The position numbers were made by a program, and so were the translations under genes. The notes under the pieces were generated by a model. It made no database searches, had not been told where the DNA came from, and saw only the letters and a list, made by a program, of their open reading frames with translations. From Macrostomum lignano (taxonomy: Eukaryota): a stretch of 64,000 nt of DNA. The stretch spans positions 124,001-188,000 of the forward strand of contig NIVC01001192.1 in NCBI GenBank assembly GCA_002269645.1, written 5' to 3'. Below are positions 8,906 through 18,525 of this stretch, one piece after another; the first letter of the stretch is position 1; each line of letters starts with the position of its first letter.

Positions 8906-11150
8906 ATGAAGTGCAAGTGCGTTATAATATTGGTTTCGCTTTTGACGTGTAAGTAAAAATACCCATTAATAATAGGACCAGTTATATGGTCCAGGGTGGC
9001 AGTAATTTGCACGCACTTGCACGTTATTCTGTCTATTCATTTTTTCTATCCCTTGGTGTCGCAAACTCTATATTAATTACTGAGAATTTATTTCTCGTTC
9101 GCTAAGATTTTCACTTGTCATATTAGCTGAGGAATGTGTTTTACAGGTTCAGTAGGACTCTTCAATGATAGCACGGAGACCTGGCAGTAATGCCAGGGAC
9201 ACTTAAAGCTGTTCTTAATTGCAATTTGAATCAACCAACGACGAAGAGAAACGAGCTGTGCTGCTTTGTACGTGCAGCAGAGACACGCTGAGATCGACCT
9301 CTTCTGCTGACTGTTTAAACAAAGCATTGAAGGTCATAAATGTTGAAATCGGTGGGCGATAATTCATAGAGGGTAAATTTTCACACCCTTTAAAATTCGC
9401 TAATTGGGAACCTGCAAAAAAGGGCATTAATGGTTTATAATTAAGTCAGTTCGATTGTTTGGCTCTTTCAAGTTGTTGAATAGTTTGCAGTCGCTAGTTG
9501 CTAATTGGTTGGCAGTTGCTAGTTGCTAATTGGTTGACAGTCGCTAGTTGCTAATTGGTTGGCAGTTGCTAGTTGTTGATTGGTTGACAGTTGCTATTTG
9601 CTAATTGGTTGGCAGTTGCTAGTTGCTAATTGGTTGACAGTCGCTAGTTGCTAATTGGTTGGCAGTTGCTAGTTGCTAATTGGTTGGCGGTTGCTAGTTG
9701 CTAATTGGTCTGCAGTTGCTAGTTGCTAATTGGTTGACAGTCGCTAGTTGCTAATTGGTTGGCAGTTGCTAGTTGCTAATTGGTTGGCGGTTGCTAATTG
9801 TTAATTGGTTGACAGTCGCTAGTTGCTGATTGGTTGGCAGTTGCTAGTTGCTAATTGGTTGGCAGACTGGCAGTTGCTAGTTGCTAATTGGTTGGCAGTT
9901 GCTAGTTGCTAATTGGTTGGCAGACTGGCAGTTGCTAGTTGCTAATTGGTTGGCAGACTGGCAGTTGCTAGTTGCTAATTGGTTGGCAGTTGCTAGTTGC
10001 TAATTGGTTGGCAGACTCGCAGTTGCTAGTTGCTAATTGGTTGGCAGACTGGCAGTTGCTAGTTGCTAATTGGTTGGCAGTTGCTAGTTGCTAATTGGTT
10101 GGCAGACTCGCAGTTGCTAGTTGCTAATTGGTTGGCAGACTGGCAGTTGCTAGTTGCTAATTGGTTGGCAGACTCGCAGTTGCTAGTTGCTAATTGGTTG
10201 GCAGACTCGCAGTTGCTAGTTGCTAATTGGTTGGCAGACTGGCAGTTGCTAGTTGCTAATTGGTTGGCAGTTGCTAGTTGCTAATTGGTTGGCAGTTTCT
10301 AGCTGCTGATTTTTATAATCGCTACCAAAAATTGTATAAAACTGCAAAGTTAATCAAATTCTACGCGCCAGGTGATGCCATTTGTTCGAGGTGAACTAGA
10401 TGAGCCTGCAGTGCCAGTGGACTCTGCAGCCTGCCAACTACGATAATCCGAGGCAGATGTACATTCGTGTACCCGTTATCAACTTTGACACCCAACGATA
10501 GGTCTGAGGCTCAGTGCTGCATCTCTACAGCCAAAGTCGATGTGTTCAGCCTAAAGTTAAAACTGGACGATAGTGAGTTAGCCGTTTTAATTTAACTTGA
10601 ATTATAATTTTACAATTTTCGTTTTTAAAAACAAACTAATCGTATAATCTTGCATTTCAGCAACGTACCGAAATGAGTTCTGGTGCTCAAATAATTCAGT
10701 AAAAGTCAAGAGCCCAATTGGGAATTTATGGAACTCGTGAGTGTCTTGAAGCATCTGCGATTTTGGACTGGTTATTCCCTGAAGTATTAATTATCATATT
10801 TGCTCTCTTACCTTTGCTCAGGTCGTACAAGCTGGCTTTGGAGTTCCGCTCTGACGATAAGCAAGTCCGGTCCGGTCCGGTTCTTTGAGGGCTCCTGCTA
10901 ACACCTGACACTTGATCTGATAACACCTGAGATTACACCTGCTGAGGCATTCAACATCGCAAAGAATTACCTTGGCAACGTCTTCACGGTTCCTAAAAAC
11001 AGAAACGACTCAGCCTTTTTCCGTCCCTTTATTCAGCGAAGTGAGCATTGCGTTTATTATATGGCATGCTTTATCGCCTGTTGATCGATTTGTTGGTATC
11101 CCAATCATTGCAGACTCGGACAGAGCTGGCGAGTTCCCATTCGAGTTTCT
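8906..11150 (+). pseudogene. CUB-CTLD receptor pseudogene P1 (B-type)
   Basis: Exon 1 MKCKCVIILVSLLT (8906-8948, GTAAGT donor). Exon 2 frameshifted with a stop; exons 3 and 5 carry indels; exon 6 is cut off next to a SINE. Homologous to the intact copy at 47296-50221. Confidence 0.85.
9487..10310. repeat. 25-bp minisatellite (GTTGCTAGTTGCTAATTGGTTGGCA, with 33-bp variants) in intron 2 of P1
   Basis: Direct tandem repeats; variants add GACTGGCA or GACTCGCA. Confidence 0.95.
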
Positions 11151-11177
11151 GTGAATGACAAATAGAAGCATCTGACA

Positions 11178-11497
11178 AATAATAATAATAATAAATAATA
11201 ATTGATAACGCCTGCCATAATGGACAGATGTGCAGCCGACAGCTCAGCCGCAGCTATTGCGCGGCACATCTGAAGGCTGCGTACGGCTGTTCAATCCAAG
11301 GACTGGGGGGTCACCACAGACATCCCTCTGTGGCTAATGACTAATGCAGGCACCCCTTTTACAGCTGGGTGAACTGAAGCAATGCAGAGATAAGCGTCTT
11401 GCTCAAGGACACAAATTGTTCCAGTGGGATCGGGAGTCGAACCCCTGACCTTCAAGTCGTGAGTCCGACGCTCTAACCCTTGTGCTACAATCCCCTC
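11178..11497 (-). mobile_element. tRNA-derived CORE-type SINE
   Basis: Minus strand: tRNA-like head with A/B boxes (GGTTCGACTCC), then GTGTCCTTGAGCAAGACGCTTA resembling the MIR/CORE motif, then a (TTA)n tail. Confidence 0.8.
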
Positions 11498-11656
11498 GGT
11501 ACCGAGCAAAGCAAACAAGGCAAAAGCAAAAGCTATAACAAAGCAATATTATGTACTGTTTTAAGTTTTTTTGTCTAGTGCTGTGTGCTAAACCATTCTA
11601 AACTGTGTTTGTATTTTAAATGTCATTACATGTAGCAAACAATCAATAAATGTTTC

Positions 11657-12516
11657 TGATGTGCTCCTTATTACCCGACTTTTGATAATCAAGAAACAAT
11701 CACTTCTAGCTCTGTAGCTAGGCAACCCAGTAAGTCAACAGAAGGTATTTAATTACCTTTAATCCGGATTCGTAGATCTCGTCCTTGAGATGTCCTCAAC
11801 CGAAGATCTCTCAGTAGATCTCGTAGACGTCTAGTTGTCTTCAGGCGTAGACCTGGTCCGAGTTTCCTTCTTCTTCGTAGAAGTAGTTCCGGCCGGAATC
11901 TGTCGTTCGGACCAATAGGAAGCTTCCAAATTAACATTTGGTACCCTGCACCAAACTGCGGTATAAAATAAGCCTACTCCTTCTAGCCTTCTAGCAGTGC
12001 CTCTCTGCACTCTAGGTATAGCTCCGGAAACCACTGATAGTCTTCTAAGACCTATCAGGGGCAGTCCTTCTGGAGACTGCAACCAGTGGAGTCTAAGTGG
12101 GGTCACGATTCGGTGGTTGTCAAGCATGACAGGGCAGAAAGTTATGCTACTAGTCTACTGTAAAACACACATGATTGGTTACCTTATCTGGTGTTTTTCT
12201 GTCGCGTTTGATTGGTTCATCCGGGTGCAAACCGGGTGCAAGCCAAATGACGAATCGTAGGTGGGGTTGAACTGAAAAACGTAGGTTGCACGTGGCCAAT
12301 GATGAATCGCAAATGGGATTTAACTTGACAATTGTGGGTCACGAGTGATTGGTTGGTTACTAAAAATACCATGACCAACTTTTCGCATTTCTGATTGGTT
12401 AATACAAATTTAGCCATGGTTCAATACTTATTTTTGTACGTGCCTTTGCTATACTACTGTATAAGTAGCATGTGAACAATGCTTATAGATTTTTAAAGGA
12501 GATGAAATACTCTACA
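11657..12516. mobile_element. Solo LTR (860 bp)
   Basis: TGATG...CTCTACA with 4-bp TSD TTTC (11653-11656, 12517-12520). Absent at the homologous site in unit 3 (~39508). Its ends resemble the neighbouring 917-bp LTR. Confidence 0.75.
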
Positions 12517-12568
12517 TTTCTACGCTTGTACCTTAAAAACTGCTAAAAGCCGACTACTCTTCTGTCGG

Positions 12569-13485
12569 TGAAGAGTTTAAGAGTGGTGATCAGTCACTCA
12601 AAAACTCCCACTTCTAGACACGGGGGAACAAGTGCCTAGGTATTTATCAGTTCAAATAACTTACTTCAGCGGATCCTCTTGGGGTCGGCAGCCGGTGGAG
12701 TTCTGTGGCGCGTCGGGATAGCAAGCTTGCTGAGCGGTTACGGCGACCGGTTCCGGTGAACCACTGTTTTTCTTTGGTGTCCTTAACTTTATCTGTGGGT
12801 CGACCAAACGAGAGCGAATCAGAACTTCTTAACGGTCCTCGAGCTCGGAATTCACAATAGAACGTGCGCCCTAATGAACAATTGAATTCTCTAATTTTCT
12901 GTGATAGGTCCTCCTGAAGGGCGGCTTCTTCGTTACGTCCGAAACGTAACGGATAACTCAATTAAATCAATAAATCCTCTAGGAATATCCTAGGAAACAA
13001 GGAGGCCTTTCTCAAATGTATCGACAATGAACTGCTCTCGTATACTCAATCAATCACTTTATTAGCGCTACTAACAATTAACTAAATCGGGTAAACGCTT
13101 ACCAATTGGACAGGGATGGTCCCTCAGAGATTGGTCTTCTTATTTCTTCGGTGTCTTCTTAGAGACCGCTCCGAGTCTGAATTTTGACTTGAATTTTCAC
13201 TTATATTTATAGCAAAATTTTGGAGAAAAACCGGTTTGGGATTGGGTATTTACTTAGGTCAAAAATGTTTGATTAAGCGGTCATGCATGTTTGAGCATTA
13301 CCATATATGGAGTTAAACAAATACAGCTGTTGAAATCCGGTTCCTTGATCAAACAATGTAGGGTTCTAAATCATTCTGTTTGCGCGTGATTCCTAAAATA
13401 GATATGACTCATTTTGAAAGAAATTGACTTCCTTAGAATATTACTTTAAGTAGAGCATTACGGTATGGTCTAATAACTCTCTACA
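12569..13485 (-). repeat. 3' LTR of env/RING element
   Basis: TGTAGAGAG...CTCTTCA on minus. CArG box CCATATATGG at 13301-13310, TATAAATA at 13204-13211, AATAAA at 13058-13063 (minus). Confidence 0.95.
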
Positions 13486-13500
13486 ATATCTCCCCTTTTC
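13486..13500 (-). promoter_or_regulatory. Polypurine tract
   Basis: GAAAAGGGGAGATAT on minus, abutting the 3' LTR. Confidence 0.85.
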
Positions 13501-13678
13501 ACGAAAAATTCGTCCCGAATTTTAAAGTTAAAGCGGTGAAGTGGGGTTTTATCTTCTAATAAACATGAAAATGTATTTAAGGATTAGAAATTTTGAACCA
13601 GTAGTAGTATAGTAGATGGATAGGTAGATAGGTAGGTCACATTGTTATTGTGTTGCTTGGCAGGATGCATTGTTATTG

Positions 13679-14278
13679 TTAATAGGAAAGCGTATTATTC
13701 AGTATATCGTTTACTTTGGTTGTCAATCTCGCGAGTGGCCACAGTAAGTGCTGTATCGGCGTAAATTGTGTTGATTCGGTGGCGTTGAGGAATTCCAGGT
13801 AGATCTCTTCAGTTGTACTCGTAGTATTTATTGGATGCGCCGCATATTGACGTACCAAGTCAAAAAGATATTCCAAATGGTCTCTCTTGTTGAATGGTAT
13901 TGGCCAGGTTCGTATAGCTGTTGCTAGTTCCTTGGCCGTCATACTGTCCATGGTCTCCTTTGTAAGTTGGATCTTTGGTAATGTTGTTGTTCCGGCGTAA
14001 ATTTCCTTAGATATTGGCGCTGCACAAGTTATGCAATGCTTATAGTCGCGGCACCGAATTTTTAGAGCACAATCTCGGCAGACCCAGTGTCCGTTGGCGC
14101 ACATCCTTTGTTGCGGTGTTGTATTGCATACCTGGCACAGGGTAGGTGGTGCGCGGCATAGCGGGCATTTGTCTATTCTATCCGTTGTGCAGCAGTTATA
14201 GCAGAACTTATGCCCATGCTGACAGTAGACATACTGTTCAGTGTCTTCATAACAAACAATGCACTCGTCGCTATCCAT
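13679..14278 (-). CDS. Accessory protein B: two SINA/SIAH-like RING fingers + helical C-terminal domain (199 aa)
   Basis: CIVC...CQHGHKFCYNC...CPLC and CQVC...CANGHWVCRDC...CITC. Shares the IRTWPIP motif with the adjacent ORF. Confidence 0.85.
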   Translation of the reverse strand: MDSDECIVCYEDTEQYVYCQHGHKFCYNCCTTDRIDKCPLCRAPPTLCQVCNTTPQQRMCANGHWVCRDCALKIRCRDYKHCITCAAPISKEIYAGTTTLPKIQLTKETMDSMTAKELATAIRTWPIPFNKRDHLEYLFDLVRQYAAHPINTTSTTEEIYLEFLNATESTQFTPIQHLLWPLARLTTKVNDILNNTLSY

Positions 14279-14350
14279 GTCTGAAAATGGTCAATTTGAT
14301 AAGTAATATCTGTGCAAGAATGGTTGCAATATCTGTGGGTGCATGGTATT

Positions 14351-15001
14351 TTAATCAATTTCTGAAGCGGAACTATTATAGTCATATGATTCTTGGGGTG
14401 GTAATATATAAGACAAGTCCTCATTACGCAGAATGAGTGCAGGTAGAGCTGTACAGAGGATGGGGCATGGGTGAAAATTCATATCGTTAACAATTTTAAA
14501 CAGCTTATGTTCAATTTCTTGTGGAGATAATTGCCGGAGTCTAGAACCGTAGGAAGAGGAATAGCGAACGAGGTATTTACGTGTTTTATGAGCAGCACGT
14601 GGTATGGGCCATGATCTGAGGCGGATAATTATAGCATGTGATGGAAAAAGAGCATAAGTGAATGGGTGAAGCTGTAGGTTGTAGTCCGCTTGAATGCATG
14701 CAAGTTTGTTGTTAACTTTAGGTAAAGGGGTGGCATCGCATATAGGACACTGACAAATGGAGCGATAAGCAAGCTTCTTAATACATTGTGTGCACATAAA
14801 ATGTTGATTTAAGCAATATTGTTCAGTGCGCCAGGAGTTGCATATCATGCATTGACGGAGATTACCTCGACACATAGGGCAATTTTTTAAAGGTTTTTTG
14901 TAATGTGCAAGGCTTAAGCAAGAACCACACACCTGGTGTCTATTGACACATATACAAGGTAGTTTACATGAAAATTCTCCGAGACAGATAGGACAATCCA
15001 T
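14351..15001 (-). CDS. Accessory protein A: two SINA/SIAH-like RING fingers + helical C-terminal domain (216 aa)
   Basis: CPIC...CVNRHQVCGSC...CPMC and CMIC...CLNQHFMCTQC...CPIC; LRSWPIP motif. Confidence 0.85.
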   Translation of the reverse strand: MDCPICLGEFSCKLPCICVNRHQVCGSCLSLAHYKKPLKNCPMCRGNLRQCMICNSWRTEQYCLNQHFMCTQCIKKLAYRSICQCPICDATPLPKVNNKLACIQADYNLQLHPFTYALFPSHAIIIRLRSWPIPRAAHKTRKYLVRYSSSYGSRLRQLSPQEIEHKLFKIVNDMNFHPCPILCTALPALILRNEDLSYILPPQESYDYNSSASEID

Positions 15002-15132
15002 TGTCGTGTTTGTCGTAGTTGTGTGAGCGTTTGTAGGAAAACAAGGATTTAGTCGCCTCTTACGACAAGCTTGAGGAAGCTGTAGTGCTATTCTTTATCC
15101 CGGTCACTACACGGGGACATGAAGCGAATAAT

Positions 15133-18100
15133 TTAACGAGGTCTTAGGTTGTACGTATGACCGACAGGTGGTGCGTTTGTTGTTTGTGTTTCGGCGTGTG
15201 CAGTGGCAATGTGTTTATTTGTTGTTTTTGTGTGGTCTGGATTTTGTAGGTCTGGGAGGAATGTAGTGTCGTTAGTGATACGTTTTAGACGTTGAATGTG
15301 AACATAGAACTGAGGTTGATGTGGATCCTGGATATTAGCGAGGCGTGCTGATACTAGAGAAGGCTTAGGTAGGTCTCGCTTATGTCGTTCTATGACATCT
15401 TTTCTCTGATAGGTTCCATTTACTACCTTCAGGAAAACATTCTTATCCATATCCTTAAGCGCGATTGGTATTTCTTGGTCGGAGAGGATTAGTTGCTCGT
15501 CCTTGTTTTTACATTTCAAGTGTGTGTAGCTTGGTTGCTTTGGAAATGTAAGAGCCAAATCTCCTGAGTCGGCAAGGAAGGTGTTAGATAGCAGTTTCCC
15601 TTGAACAGTGTGATATTTTTGCAGCTTGCAGTCAATTTCAGTTTTTACTTCCCATGCAGTGAAATATTTGCGGGTTCGGCTGGGCTCCTCATATCGGGAA
15701 TCCGATCTATATTCAATTTGGTATCGATAGTCATGGAAATAAATCGGTGCTAGGGGTAAATTTTGAGCTTCTTCTTTGTTGTAGTTAGGGGTAGAACAAT
15801 ATCCAGAGCTGTAGTGACACTGGTCGAGTGGTAGCTGTAAGGATTCCATGTTGTCAAATGGATTGTGGTAGAATAAAACATTTCGGATGAGGTAGCTATT
15901 GTAGACTGAGTATGTAGGCCATCGTGATTGATGATAATGGACATATCTTCCATCGGCTACATTTTTTGTGCGAAATAGCTGTGCTCCGCTGGCGGACGTC
16001 TCATGAAGTTTTAATTGACCATCTTCGGAAAACAGAGTTTGATTCCACCGAAGGCATTCTTCTTGTGATACCATCATCGAAGTTTGCCAATACCTGATTC
16101 GGTTCCATTGTACCAGCCAAACCTTTTCAATTTCATCCTTGTCTCGGAAGCACACAATTCCCATTTGTCGATGCTTCTTTGTATTTGCTTTGTATATTTC
16201 AATAGTTAGTGGTAGTGGCTTGGTTTGGTTTGTCTTAAAGTAACTGCATTTGATTTCCGTAGGAATCTTGTAAATGACTGGCTGGATGTCTCCATCAGTG
16301 GGACAGATCATTGGAGATGGAGACGGCAGTACCGTGGGAACAATTGCCATCATCAAGATCGTGAGGAAGCATTGCAGTAGCGGATGTTTTTTCTTTCGTC
16401 TTGTTGGTACTGGTGGAGTGTCTTCAATCTCGTCATGACTATCTTCAGGATACGGCGGAGGAGTAAGGCGAGTCGAAAAGTGCCATTTGTTAGAACATGG
16501 TAATGGTGTGGGTGGCTGCGATTGCAACATCGGACGCATAAAGTTGGTTGATTTTGATATATTGGTAAGATGTGTAGTTGTATTCTCATCAGTTGGAGTG
16601 TTAACCGGTTCCATTATTGTTATCGGTTCATCATATTCGCTTTCATAGTCTAGGTTCATTGAAACATATGTGTCATCCTCCGTCTGTACGAACTTTTCAT
16701 CTGTCGAATGGTTAGATTGTGTGTTCGTGGCCTTGTCATGTTTCCATTTTTCGTGGACTGGACTAGGGGAGACAATATTTTCATAGTCTGGTTCCTGTGT
16801 TGGAGGTGTTTCTGACAGGTCTATATCGTCGACTAGGACCTGCAACATGTCAACGCTTTCTTCAAAGATGTTTTGAGAAGTTGCTGGATCTCTGTCTTCT
16901 TCAAGTGTTGTCATTTCTTTACGATCCTGGAAATTGTCATCTCGGTGAGTTTCCGAAAGATTGTCGATCGTCGGAACTTTAAATAGATTGCTTTGTTGCT
17001 TAGAAATAGTTTGTTGTTGTCTTTTGTTTTCTCGGAAGACTGGACTTGCTTTAGAAGAGGTAGGAATGGGTGGATCTTCTTCAAACAGAGAATCCATCAT
17101 GCAGCTACTTTCGCTGCTTGTGCTATCTTTTCGTTTTTCAAACTCCTCAAGGACATTGATTGTGAAATCCGGCATAAGATCCTCTATCTTAAACTCTGGT
17201 TCGATGACTTGAGTGTATTCCGGTTCAATAGCTTGAGCATATTGTCTGCGGACCTGAGTAGGCTGTCTTGGAGGAGGAGGATTTCTTTGTTGTCGATAAG
17301 GTACCAAGGCATTTCCTTGTCTATTCTGTGGTGGGTTCCAATTGCGATTTTGAGGACGAGTCCAATTTTTTCTTCTGTTGTCATTATATTGTCTTGGATT
17401 GCCACGTGATCGGCAGTCTCTGGTGTAATGACCAATTCTTCCACAGGTGTAACAAGTGGGTGGCGGAGCGTATCTCTGTCGCTGTGGCATGATTGCAGAA
17501 GTTTGGTACTGCTGCATGAGTTTGCTCAATTGTTCTCCCAATTGTGTCGTATCACTACTACGAGAAGTCAGGAGTGGGGCACTTGCTTCCCATTGTATGC
17601 CGCAACGAATTAATTGTTCCTCTGTCTCAATGGTTTCTCTTAACAACCTGTCTCGCAGCGAAGGTTGAGCATTATTAATGACATGGAGGATTAGGCTTTG
17701 TTCTTGGTCAGCAAGGCGTTGTCTTTCTCGTGCAGCTAGTTCTGCTGGTCCGATAGGCTGAGCTCCTGGGTTCGGTGGTGGTGGCTGGTGCAACGCTTTA
17801 ATAATTTTGCGGACGTCATCGACGAAAGTAAGGAAGGATTCCGTCGGACTCATTTTTCGATTATGAAGTTTGTGTAGAAGCACAGATCGATTGGTTCCAC
17901 ATCTGGCGAATTGTGCTCTCAGTTGTGTAACTAAAGTATGATAGTCTTGCTGTGCGGCGGCATTTAGTTTGCCATAAATTTCTCGAGCAGTACCTTCTAA
18001 CAGTGGAGGAAGAAGAAGTGCCTTTTCTGGATTTTGTAGTCCGTATTCGCGAGTTACAAGGTCGAAGTGTTCAATGAAGGTGTTAAAATCTTTATCCATG

Positions 18101-18207
18101 GTATACATTCCAACAGTTTCCTTGACATCGCGATGCACTGTAGGGTTTCTTCGAGCCATATTTTCAAATGGGAACGGCAAGAGGACCAGATCTGGATCAA
18201 TTTCCAA
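15133..18207 (-). CDS. Gag - acidic linker - internal signal peptide - Env-like ectodomain - integrase C-terminal tail fusion (1024 aa)
   Basis: Gag-type N-terminus (FNTFIEHF...LLEGTAREIY) and CYTCGRIGHYTRDC knuckle. RRKKKH followed by hydrophobic PLLQCFLTILMMAIVPTVLP. Cys-patterned ectodomain, RHKR furin-like site, ends VHIQRLK...YNLRPR. Confidence 0.85.
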   Translation of the reverse strand: MEIDPDLVLLPFPFENMARRNPTVHRDVKETVGMYTMDKDFNTFIEHFDLVTREYGLQNPEKALLLPPLLEGTAREIYGKLNAAAQQDYHTLVTQLRAQFARCGTNRSVLLHKLHNRKMSPTESFLTFVDDVRKIIKALHQPPPPNPGAQPIGPAELAARERQRLADQEQSLILHVINNAQPSLRDRLLRETIETEEQLIRCGIQWEASAPLLTSRSSDTTQLGEQLSKLMQQYQTSAIMPQRQRYAPPPTCYTCGRIGHYTRDCRSRGNPRQYNDNRRKNWTRPQNRNWNPPQNRQGNALVPYRQQRNPPPPRQPTQVRRQYAQAIEPEYTQVIEPEFKIEDLMPDFTINVLEEFEKRKDSTSSESSCMMDSLFEEDPPIPTSSKASPVFRENKRQQQTISKQQSNLFKVPTIDNLSETHRDDNFQDRKEMTTLEEDRDPATSQNIFEESVDMLQVLVDDIDLSETPPTQEPDYENIVSPSPVHEKWKHDKATNTQSNHSTDEKFVQTEDDTYVSMNLDYESEYDEPITIMEPVNTPTDENTTTHLTNISKSTNFMRPMLQSQPPTPLPCSNKWHFSTRLTPPPYPEDSHDEIEDTPPVPTRRKKKHPLLQCFLTILMMAIVPTVLPSPSPMICPTDGDIQPVIYKIPTEIKCSYFKTNQTKPLPLTIEIYKANTKKHRQMGIVCFRDKDEIEKVWLVQWNRIRYWQTSMMVSQEECLRWNQTLFSEDGQLKLHETSASGAQLFRTKNVADGRYVHYHQSRWPTYSVYNSYLIRNVLFYHNPFDNMESLQLPLDQCHYSSGYCSTPNYNKEEAQNLPLAPIYFHDYRYQIEYRSDSRYEEPSRTRKYFTAWEVKTEIDCKLQKYHTVQGKLLSNTFLADSGDLALTFPKQPSYTHLKCKNKDEQLILSDQEIPIALKDMDKNVFLKVVNGTYQRKDVIERHKRDLPKPSLVSARLANIQDPHQPQFYVHIQRLKRITNDTTFLPDLQNPDHTKTTNKHIATAHAETQTTNAPPVGHTYNLRPR

Positions 18208-18505
18208 AGGATTTTCCAGATTGGACTTTCAAAGTGGCGAACAAGTGTTGTGTGTGTGTGCAAGCTCTTATTTACTTAAAGGAAGAAAGGAAAATGGACA
18301 CGGGGGCAAAAAAAATTCTGTGTTGCCTTTACCAAAGAAAGAAATTGAGATAGGATATTCGCAAATTTAACAAAAGTATAAAACGGTGCACGAAGAATCA
18401 AAGGGTCTCTATGCAAACAATGGCGGTTCGGTAAAAAGTTCAGAAAAATTTGCGCAAAGGACTTGTGTCAAAGTACTTTCAGCGATCTAGCCTGGTAGCG
18501 CTTGA

Positions 18506-18523
18506 GCCTGGGCGAGATCACCA
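18506..18523 (-). promoter_or_regulatory. Primer-binding site (tRNA-Val-like)
   Basis: TGGTGATCTCGCCCAGGC, 2 nt from the 5' LTR; the implied tRNA 3' end (CCTGGGCGAGATCA-CCA) resembles tRNA-Val as recalled. Confidence 0.65.
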
Positions 18524-18525
18524 GT

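Noticed and set aside
11420-11497. tRNA-like sequence
   Set aside because: It is the SINE head, continuing into a CORE motif and (TTA)n tail; not a tRNA gene.
12647-12961. 104-aa ORF present in both LTRs (also 18604-18918)
   Set aside because: Starts at a non-ATG codon, has no motif, and is repeated only because the LTR is.
15560-15590. ADSG motif as a possible aspartic protease site in the 1024-aa ORF
   Set aside because: It lies within the Env-like ectodomain and lacks the hydrophobic-DSG and IIG context; no protease called.
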